A stretch of DNA of 64,000 nt from Rhina ancylostomus (Eukaryota), in NCBI GenBank assembly GCA_030265395.1, contig JARFYF010000074.1, forward strand, positions 99,422,846 to 99,486,845, read 5' to 3'. Shown here one piece after another: positions 50,801 through 62,970 of this stretch (the first letter of the stretch is position 1; each line of letters opens with the position of its first letter). The translations under genes were made by a program, and so were the position numbers. The notes beneath the pieces were generated by a model that had not been told where the DNA came from, ran no database searches, and worked only from the letters and a program-made list of their open reading frames with translations.

Positions 50801-53800
50801 TGACATGTACGTGGTTGGACCAGGACAGGCTATCGGTGATGCACACTCCTAGGAACTTGAAGCTTTCAACCCTCTTTACCTCAGCACTGTTGATGTAAAC
50901 AGGAGCTTGTGCATCTCTCCCCTTCCTGAAGGAAGTGGGGTGGGGGGAGTACTGCTAAGTTGGGGAAAGACTAATTCCAACATTATTAGGCAGGAGCTAG
51001 GGGAGAGTAGGTTGGGAGCAGCTGTTAAGGGTAGGTGTGTGTCCAACATGTGGGAGTCACTTAAAGGCCAGCTGGTCAGAGTTCAGGACCAACATGTTCC
51101 TGTGAGGAAGAAACACAGGGATGGCAAGGTTCAGGAGCCTTGGATGATGAGTTGCAAATTTCATCAAAAAGGAAAAGGAAGCAAATGGAAGGTTTAGGAA
51201 GCTGAAATCAGACAGGCCCTTTGAGGAATATAAAAGAAGCAGCAGAGACCTTAAATAGGGTATCAGAATGACTAAAAAGGGCCATGAAATGTCCTTGGTG
51301 GGTAGAATTAAAGAGAATTCCAAGGCATTTTTAGACATATGTTAAAAAGATGGTAACTAGGGAGAGGGTAGGACCACTTCAGGACAAAGGAGGGAATTTA
51401 TGCCTGGAGCAAGAGGAAGTGGGCGAGGTACTAAACGAGTACTTTGCATCAGTATTCACCAAGGAGAAGGACATGGAGGATAGTGAGGTCAGGGAGGGGT
51501 GTGCTGATATTCTAGGGCATGTTGATATCAGGAAGGAGGAGGTGTTGGTGCTCTTGAAGAACATTAAAGTGAATAAGTCCCCAGGGCCTGATGGGATCTA
51601 ACTCAAGTTTCAAGTTATTGAGGGAGGCAAGAGAGGAGATTACAGGGGCCTTGACAGAAATCTTTTCATCTTCGTTAGTCACAGGCGAGGTTCCAGAGCA
51701 TTAGAGAAAAGCCAGTGTCCTTCCTTTGTTTAAGGACAGTAGAGACAAACCAGGAAGTTAGAGGCCTGTGAGCCTTGCATCATTGGTAGGGAAGTTTTTG
51801 ACACTAGATCCAATATTTCCCATCTTTATTGTATTAACATATCTGCTGCTGACTAACTTCAAGTGCTTGCTGCTGGAGTTTTCTGAATGAATTGATTAAT
51901 AGTGTAAAAATGCTTTTTAGACTGGTTGCTTCCACTTTTAAAAGGCATGGTCATTAGGAGGTTGAGGCTTGGCTTTGAGTCTTGAGGAAAATGTTGGTAT
52001 GCCCTGTTAAATTCCAGTAATGTTACCATTTTGATGTCAAGTTTTCATGTTATTCAATGGCTCTATGAATCCTTCTCTTTCTAGTTGCCCAAAGTATTGC
52101 TGGCTGCTGAGTTGAAATGGTCCAAACTAGGTGCATCACAAAACTAATTAGTATATGTTGATGATGAAACATCAGCATATAATTGTTAACTTTGGGTTGT
52201 ACCATCAAAAGCCATTATACTTTTCCATGCAATGGACTTGCTAGAACCTTTTTCTTTCCCAGTCATTGATGTTTTGAAAAGTTTTTTTTATCTGTTGTCT
52301 GCATATATCAGGAGAACATGCAGTTCGTTTAATATTTTACCTTCAGTACTTTAAATCAATACATTCTTATCTCTTGCCGTATGCCATGAAGTCTTGACTG
52401 TTTGGAATGCCAGTCAAATACTTTGAAAAGCACTAAAATGCTGTTTTCCTGGAAATGAATTTATTTACTTAGCCAGATCAAATGTCCTTAACCTGAATTT
52501 TGCATAGACTAAAGCAATCAATTCTTTGTTGGGGGGAAAAAATATCGTTAAATGAACATGCTAAGAAGATAAGATTTCTTTATTAGTCACATGTACATCG
52601 AAACACACAGTGAAATGCATCTTTTGCGTAAAGTGTTCTGATTACTATATTCTGCTTTACTTTTTGAACTTGCAGGAGAAAAACAGCACTAACAGATTGG
52701 TAGTTCTGAAGCTTGAACCTTGGACCACCTACTGTCTGAATGTTCTGGCTTTCAGCACTACGTACAACAAAACAGGACAGAATAGTTCAGTTGTGTGCAA
52801 GAGGACTGGTGGTATGATTTTTAGTTATTCCTTCAATGTTAAATTGGTGTGTTGTATTCTTTAATGGATATTCCCTTAACCTTTGGCATTTGGAGTCTTT
52901 CATTCTATTGCTACTTGTGCAACTGCACCATGTACCTTTCCCAACCTAGGTGAGTGAACGGGCCACTGTTGCCTTTGTAGCATAATTTCATGGTGAAACT
53001 TGGTTTTGCTTCCATTTGAGCTGGGTTTATGGAAAAAAGTGAAGTAGGATTTTCCGTGGGTTTGAAATTTAGTCAGAGGTCACCTGCACTAAATGGCCAT
53101 TATAGTAATCCTTCTCATTGAGTTCAGTTTCCTATATTCATCCTAATTGTAGTTAATAGAACTGTATTTTTAGAAGCAGAACATAAATGCAGCCACTATT
53201 TTATTGCAGCTTCAGCACAAGCAGTCAACGAAGTATTACCACACTATGTTCTTCCTATTTGAAAGTAGACAGTACTGGGTCTGGCAATAGAAGGTGATTC
53301 AGTAGCTCAAGCTGTTCTATTTCAAAAGAATCGTGACTCCGTTTAGCATTTATCGGTCAAATTGTTAACTGCAGTATTAGAGAAGAATCTGAAAGGAAAT
53401 GTGAGGAATGCACTTTTGTTTCTGCCTTCTTTATGTCATTCTACATGTTAGCAGACTGCTTTGTTTTGTCTATAATATTACCTTCCTGTTCCTATTTGGA
53501 GGAAGGTCTGTGGTGAAGAACAAACCATCCAATGGCAGTATAACTTATTACTGTAAAATCATTACCTCATTAAAAATAATTTCCTTAATTAGTAGCCATA
53601 AACAAGAGAAAAGGTGAATAACCATGTTTCTGATTTTCTCTAGGTTCTACTCCCAAGTGGCTGATTGGTATAAGCTTCCTTGTTTCGCTAGTGGTGTTTT
53701 TCATTGGAACAGTAGGATGCACCTTCTGTATACATTCCATGTACAGATGCATAAAGTATGCCTTGTTTCCCCCACACACCTTACCAGAACATATACAAGA

Positions 53801-56800
53801 GGTATGTAACTTCTTTCATATCTGAACAACCTTTATCCCCTCATTATGTAAAATGCTTAGAGATTTTGCACAAATTTGTGGAAACTATACTAAATGTACC
53901 CTTTGGCTTCTCAACTACTACATGTTATTTCCATGCTTTTGAGTTTTGAGGAGGACTCTTTCTTGCTGAGATAACTCAGAGCAGACAAGCCCAGAGCTCT
54001 ATCATGATTGAAATGTAAATTTTTAGGTGTGCCCATTAAGTTATTAAAACTTCTAGAACTTATTGTTTAGTAGATTCATTGCAGGTGCACAGCATGTTTC
54101 CATGGAAAAATATCATTGTAAATGTTTTAAGAACTAAAGATTATAAAGACATTTTCAGATGTTTAGTGAAAGTATACCCTGTCTGGTCAAATTCCAACCT
54201 TTTAGGATATTTTTAATCTATCTGGCAGTCTCTCTTCCAGCTAACTTGCAATGTGGTTTCCAAAGATAACACAATATAATCAAGAGACTGAATGCTAGTT
54301 AGCCTCCTAGTATCTTGCCTTTAACTTGTTTGTTTCTATTGACCAAAAAGTGGTGAAAGAAAAAAGGTCAAAGTTATTGGTAGAATCAGAGCTGAGTTGC
54401 CTTGTGTCAAAATTGATTTAACTCTCAACTCTTAATCAGGAGGTTTTAGGTTTTGAACCCATGCCAGAGACTTGCTCATATCATCCAGGCTAAACTGATA
54501 TTCATTCATGTTTTTCCATTGAGGAACTACTACTGTTTAACATAGAACACTACAGCACAGTACAGGCCCTTTGGCCCAAAATGTTGTGCCGATATTTTAT
54601 CCTGCTCTAATATCTATCAAACCCTTCCCTCCTAAATGTTAACCCTTCCATCCCATTTCTCTCAGTCATATGGCTATCTAAGAGTCTCCTAAACGTCCCT
54701 AATGTATCTGCCCCCACAAACTCTGCCAGCAGTGCGTTCCACACACCCACTGTTCTCTATGTAAAGAAAAAACTGACCTCTGACATCCCTCTTATACCTT
54801 CCTCCAATCACCTTAAAATTATGGCCCCCCATGTGAGCCATTTTCGCCCTGGAAAAAAGTCTCTGACTGTCCACTCGATCTATGCCTCTTATCATGTACA
54901 CCTCCATCAAGTCACCTCTTATCCTCCTCTCCAAAGAGAAAGGCCCTAGCTCGCTCAACCTATCTTCATAAGACATGCTCTCCAATCCAGCCAGCATCCT
55001 GGTATATCTCCTCTGCACCTTCTCTAAAGCTTCCACATCCTTCCTATAATGAGGTGACAAGAACTGAACACAATTCTTCAAGTGTGGTCTAACCAGAGTT
55101 CTGCAGAGCTGCAACATTACCTCATGGTTCTTGAACTCAATACCCCAACTAATGAAGGCCAACACACCATACGCCTTCTTAATAATCTTATTGACCTGCA
55201 TGGCAACCTTGAGGGATCTATGGACGTGGACCCCAAGATCCCTCTGTTCCTCCACACTGCTAAAAATCCTTTCATTAATTCCATTAACCCTGTATTCTTC
55301 CATAGTATATCACTTCACACTTTTCTGGTTTGAACTCCATCTGCCACTTCTCAGCCCAGTTCTGCATCATATCAATGCCCTGTCGTAATCCACAACAACC
55401 TTCTACACTATCCACAGCACCACCANNNNNNNNNNNNNNNNNNNNNNNNNNNNNNNNNNNNNNNNNNNNNNNNNNNNNNNNNNNNNNNNNNNNNNNNNNN
55501 NNNNNNNNNNNNNNNNNNNNNNNNNNNNNNNNNNNNNNNNNNNNNNNNNNNNNNNNNNNNNNNNNNNNNNNNNNNNNNNNNNNNNNNNNNNNNNNNNNNN
55601 NNNNNNNNNNNNNNNNNNNNNNNNNNNNNNNNNNNNNNNNNNNNNNNNNNNNNNNNNNNNNNNNNNNNNNNNNNNNNNNNNNNNNNNNNNNNNNNNNNNN
55701 NNNNNNNNNNNNNNNNNNNNNNNNNNNNNNNNNNNNNNNNNNNNNNNNNNNNNNNNNNNNNNNNNNNNNNNNNNNNNNNNNNNNNNNNNNNNNNNNNNNN
55801 NNNNNNNNNNNNNNNNNNNNNNNNNNNCCCATAAATCCTGTCTCTAAGAATCTTCTCCAATAATTTGCTCACCACTGAAGTAAGACTCACTGGCCTGTAA
55901 TTCCTAGGGTTATCCCTACTCTCTTTCTTAAACAAAAGAACAACATTTGCCACCCTCCAATCATCTGGCACTACTCCTGTGGGCAGTGAGGATGCAAAGA
56001 TCATTGCCAAAGGTGCAGCAATCTCTTCCCTTGCTTCCTGTAATAACCTTGGCATCAGGGAGGCAATACACTATTCTGGAACCTTGCTCACAGCCAAAGA
56101 AACACCTATCTGTTACCCTGACCATAGAGGCTCCTGTCACTAGTGTGTACCTTACTTTGACCTCTCTGCTATACAACAAAGCCAGTTGTGGTGCCACTGA
56201 TCTGACTGCTGTTGTTGCTTTCTCCTGAGAGCTCATCCCCCGCCCCCCCAGCAGTATCCAATATTATTTACTTGAGAGGGGAAAAGCCATGGGGTACTCC
56301 TGCACTACCTGCATTCACCTCCTGGCAGTCACCTATCTATCTGGCTGAACCTGTGTATGACCACCTCCCTGAAACTCCCTATAACACATTCTGCCTCCTG
56401 TATGCTCCTAAGTGAGTCCAGTTTCCACTCCAACTGATCCCATGTGTTCTGAGATGAGCTGCAGCTGGACACACTTCCTGCAAGTGTAGTTGCCAAGGGC
56501 AACTGACTTCTCCCTGATCTTCCACAGCTAACAGGAGGGGCATATCACTCCATTGATTGCCAGTTCTACATCTTAAGTTACTACTGGCTCAAAGAAAAAG
56601 GAAAGACTTTGACTTGCTGTACCTCAACACTCCTCAACTGCATTAAGATGGATGAATACTTGCAGCCTGACCAAGTGTATCCTAGGATATTATGGGAAGC
56701 AAGGGAGGAGATTGCTGTGGCTCTGACAAAAGTTTTTATATCTTTTTTAGCCATTGGTGAGGTACCAGAAGACTGGAGGATAGCTAATGTTGTGCCTTTT

Positions 56801-58260
56801 ATTTGAGAAGGGCAGCAATGATAAACCAGGGAACTACAAGCCAGTGAGCCATTCATCAGCAGTGAGAAAGTTACTAGAAGGGGTTCTGAGAGACAATTTA
56901 TTTGCATTTGGAAAGGCAAGGACTGATTAGGGATAGTCATCTTGGCTTTTGCCCTTGGGAAATTTAATGTGTTTTTGAAGAGGTGACCAAGAGGATTGAC
57001 AAGAGCAGGGCAGTAAACCTTATCCACATGGACTTTAGCAAGGCCTTGAGGTGGGCTGGTCTGGAAGGTTGGAAGACATGGAATCCAGTTTGAGTTAGCC
57101 AATTTGATACAAAATTGTCTTAGTGTTTGATAGAGGGTGGTAGCAGAGCGACGTTTTTCAGATTGGAAGCTGGTGATCCATGGTGTGCCACAGGCATCGG
57201 TGTTGGGTCCTCTGTCGTTTATCATCTATATTAATAATTTGAATGAGAATATAGGTGGCATGATTAGCAAATTTGTGGATGACACTAAAATTGGTGGTAT
57301 AGTGGGCAGTGAAGAAGGTTGTCTTGGGTTACATCAGGATATAGGCCAACTGGGAAGGTGGGCAAGGCAATGGCAGATGGAATTTACCCCAAAGTGCTAA
57401 GTGATACATTTTGGGCACTTAACAAGTATTAGTCCAGTAATTTCTCCAATACTTTTGCCTTATTGTTAAATTTAACTTTCAGACATAATTCCTTTTTTCC
57501 TCACAATTTGTTCTCTTGCCCATCTCTAATTGCTGCTTCCCTCTTAATCTTGTTGCTCATTTACCTTTGTATTCTACTTTCACTTTTTTAAAATCAATAA
57601 TCCGTTGATTTATAAAACTCTACCTATTTACTTCTCTAAGTAGGCAATATTATAATACTTTTATAATCTAATACTACCCCAACCTGTTTAGTTAACCATA
57701 GATGAGAGAGTTTTCTGGTGGAGCTTTTCATCTTCCAATGGATTGCATTTTGAGAACTATGAAATGCTTATTCCTTACTTACCACTGTACCTTTTCAATT
57801 ATGTTTTTTTAAAATTATAATTGGCCTTATTTGAGTTTAAGACTGGTTTCAAAATTGAATTTAAGACTAAAACATAAGATTTCAAAATATACGTTGTTGA
57901 TTCTGAAACATTTTGGGATGGTCCGGGGTCAAGAAAGTCACAATCTTGTCTCTGTGTGAAAAATTATATTCTGTCATTGTTTTATTTTTGCAGTGTTTCA
58001 GTGAACCATCTCAGAAAGCTCCATTCCATGTGTTGGCGACAGTGGAAGATTCTGAGGAATGCTGTGATCCGCTCATAGTCATTACTGAAACCAAGAGCTT
58101 GAGCTCCTGTTCGAGTTCCTTTATTTCAAATATTGAGAACGAAAAGCATGATCAAAGCTGTCAAACCAGTGCAGATTCGGGGCGATTTTCAAATACAGAA
58201 AGTTCGAGGAATGAAGATTTCGATGAAAGGACACTCACAGAACTTGATTTACAAACATAG
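38650..58260 (+). CDS. IFNAR1: Interferon alpha/beta receptor 1-like (CRFB5-type, two FnIII domains), 7 coding exons, 358 aa: join(38650-38701,44493-44616,46711-46886,48849-49012,52676-52811,53644-53801,57994-58260)
   Basis: GT-AG introns with phases 1,2,1,0,1,0 sum to 1077 nt in an open frame. The ectodomain has YVLKW, C..IT..ECDF, LRA, IGPP, YW and LEPWTTYCL. The tail has RCIKYALFP, ECFSEP and QTSADSGRFSN, matching human IFNAR1 RCINYVFFP, EYFSEQ and QTSQDSGNYSN. It lies directly downstream of IL10RB, as in the tetrapod cluster. Confidence 0.82.
44493..44616 (+). CDS. IFNAR1: IFNAR1-like exon 2
   Basis: tttcacag acceptor; VFGEVKAPTNIWIQAFNLKYVLKWDDVQNNNYSVSYTVNYR; donor ag|gtaagc. Confidence 0.92.
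46711..46886 (+). CDS. IFNAR1: IFNAR1-like exon 3
   Basis: ctcacag acceptor; KVGPWKNVKGCESITRNECDFTSADIIFSGEYFLQLRAHHGNQTTPWLHTESFIPYKN; donor a|gttaag. Confidence 0.9.
47661..48155 (-). mobile_element. Gypsy/Ty3 LTR retrotransposon; internal region hidden in the N gap
   Basis: Two direct repeats start TGTAGCGACT at 47661 and 47903. The complete LTR 47903-48155 is TG...CA, with a GTAT target-site duplication (47657-60 and 48156-59). The minus-strand primer site TGGTGACCCCGA (47890-47901) fits tRNA-Trp, and a gag-like start MSVQQEVLAVALKLPTF begins at 47863. Confidence 0.85.
48423..48675 (+). mobile_element. tRNA-derived V-SINE (HE1-like) with CR1-type 3' tail
   Basis: Head ggggcggcacagtagcatagtggttagc...ggttcaaatccc, V core gcgtgggtttcctctgggtgctcggtttcctcccaca, tail gggctggaagggcctgttaccatgctgt followed by an A-rich end. 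Confidence 0.8.
48849..49012 (+). CDS. IFNAR1: IFNAR1-like exon 4
   Basis: ttacag acceptor; EIGPPSVYVQSKKQMLIVNI...YRITYWKENSYENGN; donor |gtaagt. Confidence 0.92.
49350..50080 (+). mobile_element. CR1 LINE, ORF1 end and ORF2 endonuclease start
   Basis: GTNILA esterase-like end; LKCIYFNARG, VAISETWL, RGGGVALLI, AIWVELRN and RPPDS motifs. Confidence 0.8.
50080..50930 (-). mobile_element. Rex1/Babar 3' half nested in CR1
   Basis: Minus ORF LSWSNH...LYFLRRLKKFGMS..LTNFYRCTIESILSG.ITAWYGNC...IKDPTHP followed by the Rex1 tail. Confidence 0.88.
50950..51800 (+). mobile_element. CR1 ORF2 continuation
   Basis: RIKENSKAF, VGPLQDKGG, EVLNEYFASVFT, KSPGPDGI. Confidence 0.85.
52570..52640 (-). mobile_element. 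3' tail fragment of the SINE family at 37730
   Basis: Reverse complement cagaacactttacgcaaaagatgcatttcactgtgtgtttcgatgtacatgtgactaataaaga aligns to 37952-38020. Confidence 0.7.
52676..52811 (+). CDS. IFNAR1: IFNAR1-like exon 5
   Basis: tgcag acceptor; EKNSTNRLVVLKLEPWTTYCLNVLAFSTTYNKTGQNSSVVCKRTG; donor g|gtatga. Confidence 0.9.
53644..53801 (+). CDS. IFNAR1: IFNAR1-like exon 6 (transmembrane and juxtamembrane)
   Basis: ctctag acceptor; STPKWLIGISFLVSLVVFFIGTVGCTFCIHSMYRCIKYALFPPHTLPEHIQE; donor gag|gtatgt (this frame is missing from the ORF track). Confidence 0.92.
54540..56560 (-). mobile_element. CR1 LINE (RT and 3' end, plus ORF1-like pieces at 56040-56560)
   Basis: EEIAAPLAMIF, DWRVANVV, NYRPVSLTSVVSKLLEKI, QRDLGVHVH, LVRPHL, LEKVQRR. 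Confidence 0.88.
56640..57420 (+). mobile_element. CR1 RT fragment
   Basis: YPRILWEAREEIA, EDWRIANVVP, GVPQASVLGP, ISKFVDDTKIGG, WQMEF. Confidence 0.88.
57994..58260 (+). CDS. IFNAR1: IFNAR1-like exon 7 (cytoplasmic tail with DSGxxS degron, to TAG)
   Basis: ttttgcag acceptor; CFSEPSQKAPF...EECCDPLIVITE...QTSADSGRFSNTESS...ELDLQT*. Confidence 0.9.
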   Translation, partial: CFSEPSQKAPFHVLATVEDSEECCDPLIVITETKSLSSCSSSFISNIENEKHDQSCQTSADSGRFSNTESSRNEDFDERTLTELDLQT

Positions 58261-61200
58261 ATTTTGTACTTTTAAACTAAAACTTTTCTATTCAAGTCCC
58301 ATCTTTGATTTTTGGGTATTTTTTCAAACTGCCATGTACCACTGGGTGGGTTTGAACATGTGTGTTGCTACTTAGCTTATTTAATTTCAGATGCTTTTAA
58401 TTTTTAATGTTAATTTGTTATAAAACCTTATTTCTCCCACACAGTTCTGCAGACTGAAATTGCCAGTCTAGATTTAAATCACTTTTAGACAGAATCTCCA
58501 ATTCAATAACAGATCTTTTTCACAATTCAAATAGACATGTGGAGAAAAAATGTTTTAAGTAAAATTTATATTTTTTATAAAATTTTCCACAGCCACCACA
58601 GTGCTGCCTGCAATCCTGTCGACCATGCTGGTAGTATAAATAGGATTACAGTGTATGCCATTGCAATGCAATAATAGCAGGTGTTCAGTGTTAAAGTAAT
58701 TAAGATATTTCTAAATGTGCATTTCAATTAATTAATTATTCTGCCTTTGTTATGATCCGGGATGCACTGCCTGTAGGGGTGAAAGAAGTAAAATGGCTCA
58801 TAGCATTCAACACGGAATTGAGTAAATATTTCAGCGGCAAAAGTATTTTGCAGAACCTCTGTGGGGAGGGGAAGTGGGTTATCGGGATTTACTGGATAGC
58901 TCAGCTGCAAAATTGGTAGAGGGGTTGTTGGCTGAGTGGCCTCCTATACTATATTATTTTGTGAATTCCTTGGTCCGTTCCCTTCTGCACAGTGTGATAC
59001 TTGATTGTAGATACTGGCGGGATTGGACAACTTAATGACTGAAGAGTTTCATGTCCCTGAGATAAGGAGGAATAAATATTATAAATATTCCTGTTAATAT
59101 TTTCAATTCTGGGAGATCTTTTGAAAATAGTATGTGCAAGGAAAAAGGCAAGATCAAACTAGGCAGAACTCCATCAACAGCAAATAATTTCCTCTCTTCC
59201 CACCATTCCTCATCCTGGAGTGAAACTGCCATTTGTTTCTAATAGGTAGGAAGACATAAATAATCCTTAATAATGTTCCCAATAATCTCATCCAAGATGC
59301 CTCATTTAAAACAAGTGAATAATAAAAAGGAGGAATAAAATGGGTCTTAAAATTCTCCACGTTTTGGGCTGGCTTTAGACTTGCCCTGGGATAGGTTTCC
59401 ACCCCATCCCTCAAGATTATTAATCCATGAATCTGTGGAACAGCCCATCTGGTGCCCAAATACTTCTCAAAACATGTCGGGACTAATAAAATCTAACTCA
59501 GTACCATTTAAAATACAATTCTTACCAGTATTAATAATGATAGTCCTGTTTTTAGAAACCATGTAAAAGCCCAGTATTTTATTGATGGTAATCTCAAGGC
59601 TGTTCTTACTCCAAAATTTTTCCAAGACCTAGAGATTCTTGGACTTGCCCTTGTGAGAAGCCCATTCCATTTAGAAAAGGAAACAATATTTTAAAGGTTT
59701 GAAGCAATCAACTGACTTAAGTTGACGGATATTATAGTCACTGGTGCATGGATCAAGAGGTTCCTTTCATAGGACTCGCTACAGTGTAATTGGTAGAATT
59801 TTCACAATGCATTTGCAGTTGCAATTTGCTGATTTTCTGATCACATAATTTAAATATGTGAGATTCATCTCTTCATTTAATGAGTTCTCCACATCCAGTT
59901 CTTCTCTCATGAAGAAATTATAATTGTATTCTCTATTCTACTGAAAATAGTCCAGATCCAGTACTATTAGGATCCATACATCACCATGCAAGGACTGTAT
60001 CTTCAGCAGTTCTGGCTTACCACTGTTCCTGAATCAGTTGGATGCAATATTGTTTTTAATTTCTGCCTTGTATTTTTTCTTTTGTTTGCTACACTTGTGT
60101 TTGTTTTGCACTGAATTTGTGAAAATGTTACATTTTATACTGAAAACTGTTTTAGAGAAAAGATATAATGAAGAAACCTGAAGTAGTCTTATCGAAAATG
60201 AAATATTATTTGTTTTCATTAACTTACTACATTGAATCTTATTTATTGGACCAACTCTTCTGCATGGTCCATACTCTTGAATTCTGCAAATGTTAATGAT
60301 GTTATATGATTAATGACATACTTGAACTTAGTAACTACTGCAGTTTTCTTGTGATTGGAAATCTGCCTTTTTTTAACAACACATTTTTCACTTCTTACTG
60401 AGGTGTACATCCATGAGTACCTGCTAGGTATTATACAGAACTTACTGTACGACAAAATGAACAGAGGCTGTCGAGCACAGCCAGAATTTCCCAAGACTGC
60501 CACAACTTTTTAAAAAGAGTGGCCAGTCACAACACCTGTGCTTACATGGTGGTTGTGGTGTCCTCACTTCTGTTAATTGCCCAATCTTTTGGGACTGTCT
60601 GATGTTGGGTTCGAGACCTCAGGGTCCACATGATGTAAGTCCTGGGCATCAAAGACTCAGATCCAGGCAGGTCTCTATGGCACTACCACTAACTGCACTT
60701 TTGCACTAGGCTGTAAGATTCTTCAAATTAATGCTCATGCTCCAATCTCCCTCCAAGAGTTTACTCTCATTAGAGCCAGATACATGTACATGATTTCCAT
60801 TTAAAACCCACCATGATCATACAAGCTTCTGTTACACGATGTGCCTTGTTGTGTCCCTACCCACAATGTCTCTTATTGCTGGAATATAAAATTGGTAAAC
60901 AGAGTATGATCCTTCATGCCAAATGGTAATTCCTCATTCTTTGATCATTCTTGTTGAGCTGAGGAATTGCAATTAAACTACCAATGTTACAGGCACACTT
61001 TCGATAGATAAGAATTTTGGAGCTTTTTCTTCCCTAATGACAGGGACCTTGAAGTCTAATGACCAATTATCACAGCAGTCTGGGGATCAAATCGTAGTAT
61101 CTGTCCTGGTATTTATGGTTTTGGCCTTCAACTGAATAATATGAATGTTTTGGATTTGATTCCAGTACATGTATCCAGAGTGTCATGTCAATAGCTTTAG

Positions 61201-62699
61201 TTGTAAGATAAGATATGAGAATAAGATCTAATAATATTGAATGCAGTTTCACAAAATTAGAACATAACACAACAGGAATAAGCTTTTTAAGATGCTTTCT
61301 CCCCTACCTATAAACATTTTTAACTATTCTCTTGCAGCAGTGTGTATTTTTGGTGAGCTGGTCTCACCATGAAATGCATGTCATTCTAGATGAAACAGAT
61401 AGGGCTAAAATTACCCCGATTACACAGAACTAGATTTACATAGTTTCATCGAACTGGAAAAATTATCACATCATATATCAAATCTTCAACAATCTTAAAC
61501 ATTACCATTTAAAAAAGTGTTCAACATTTAAGAAACAGGATTTGGACTTGCTAAATTTGGGTTTGCTTCTAACAATTAAGATTGGGAACAGCATTCTGTA
61601 TCCTATAACCAAATCCTAAGTTCCTCAAAATCAGGAGTTTGCTTTCGACTTCCAGTATTTTGACATATAATGGTGTAACATTAGTTATGGAGTTGCCTTT
61701 CTATGCTTGTACTGTATGTGCCCTCATGCACTACTCCAATCGTCCAGTAGATGGAACTGATGAACTGAGGTGCATATTAACTCAGGAAGTTGGTTTATTT
61801 TGCCGAACGTGCATCAGTGTTTTGTTTATAGACTTTAAATTCTGTAGCATTTTCCCCAAGGGAGCTACTTTTCCGTGGAAATGTCAGTCTGGCTGGTCAG
61901 TCTGGCTGGTCAGCCAGGTCAAAGGTGATCAGAGAAGGAAATGGACAATCACTGTCCTTCAGCTCACAGCCTGATTTAAAACTTAATTTAAAAGACATTG
62001 GTTCCTCTCACCCTGCTGGGAGATGGCTTGTTCAATCTTCAGTCACTGTTGCTGCAGGTTTGGCTACAAAAGAAATCAAACGTTTTGGTTGACCCTTGTA
62101 TGCACTGGAGGATGTCAAAGCCAAAATAATATAAATAGCAAGAGAGACAACAAAGGGCAGAAGCGAAGGAAGGAAAGGGCTAAAGGGATGGGTGGAGACC
62201 CAGGGAGATTCAATAACAAATGGAATGATGATGCAAGTCAAAACCTGGGTGATAAAAGTATAGAAACAAAAATATAAGTCTCAAGAGAGTGCAAATGACA
62301 TCAGCGGAAACATCACAAATACCTGCTGTCAAAATGCAGAGGAGTGCTAGCTTTCAAGTTGCAATTTCAAGTTTTTGTTGTCATAGGTATACATACCCAG
62401 GGTATAAATGCCATGAAAATGAGCTTTTTGCAGCAGCAGCACCAGGACATGAGAAATATAAGTTAACATAAACTTAAATTAACATAAATTTGTGAAACAC
62501 CTCTGTTTAATTCACCAACATATTCCATGTTAGTCAATGCACCCATCACTGCTTTCCACCTATCACATCCTATCCCTTTGTTTCCTTGCATCCTTTCGTC
62601 CCCCACCCCCCACCCCCGCCCCACCTTTGTTGTTGCTAATGGTATTCTTCTGTGTATACTGATAACAAATGAAGTCAACACAGTTAGTATCTTCACTGA

Positions 62700-62970
62700 A
62701 GCATATGAAAGGAGTGTCTAGGTGATAGATATTGAAATCAGTGTTGAACCCTGAAAGTTGTAATGTATGAGATGCAATGCAGGTCATAGAATTTTCATTT
62801 GGCTTCATTGGAAAAAGTGTAGAAGGTCAAAGTCAGATTGGAGTTGAGAAAGAGAATTAAAATGGTAAACAAACAGAATATCGGGAAACGATGGTGAATT
62901 AAACAGAAGAGTTCAAGACAGAGTGTCTACATTGGGTCATCTGATGTGCGGTAGTGTGCATTATGGGCAA
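62700..62970 (-). mobile_element. Possible Penelope GIY-YIG C-terminal remnant
   Basis: Minus peptide TLQLSGFNTDFN resembles the PLE terminal TLQPxGLN motif. Confidence 0.35.
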
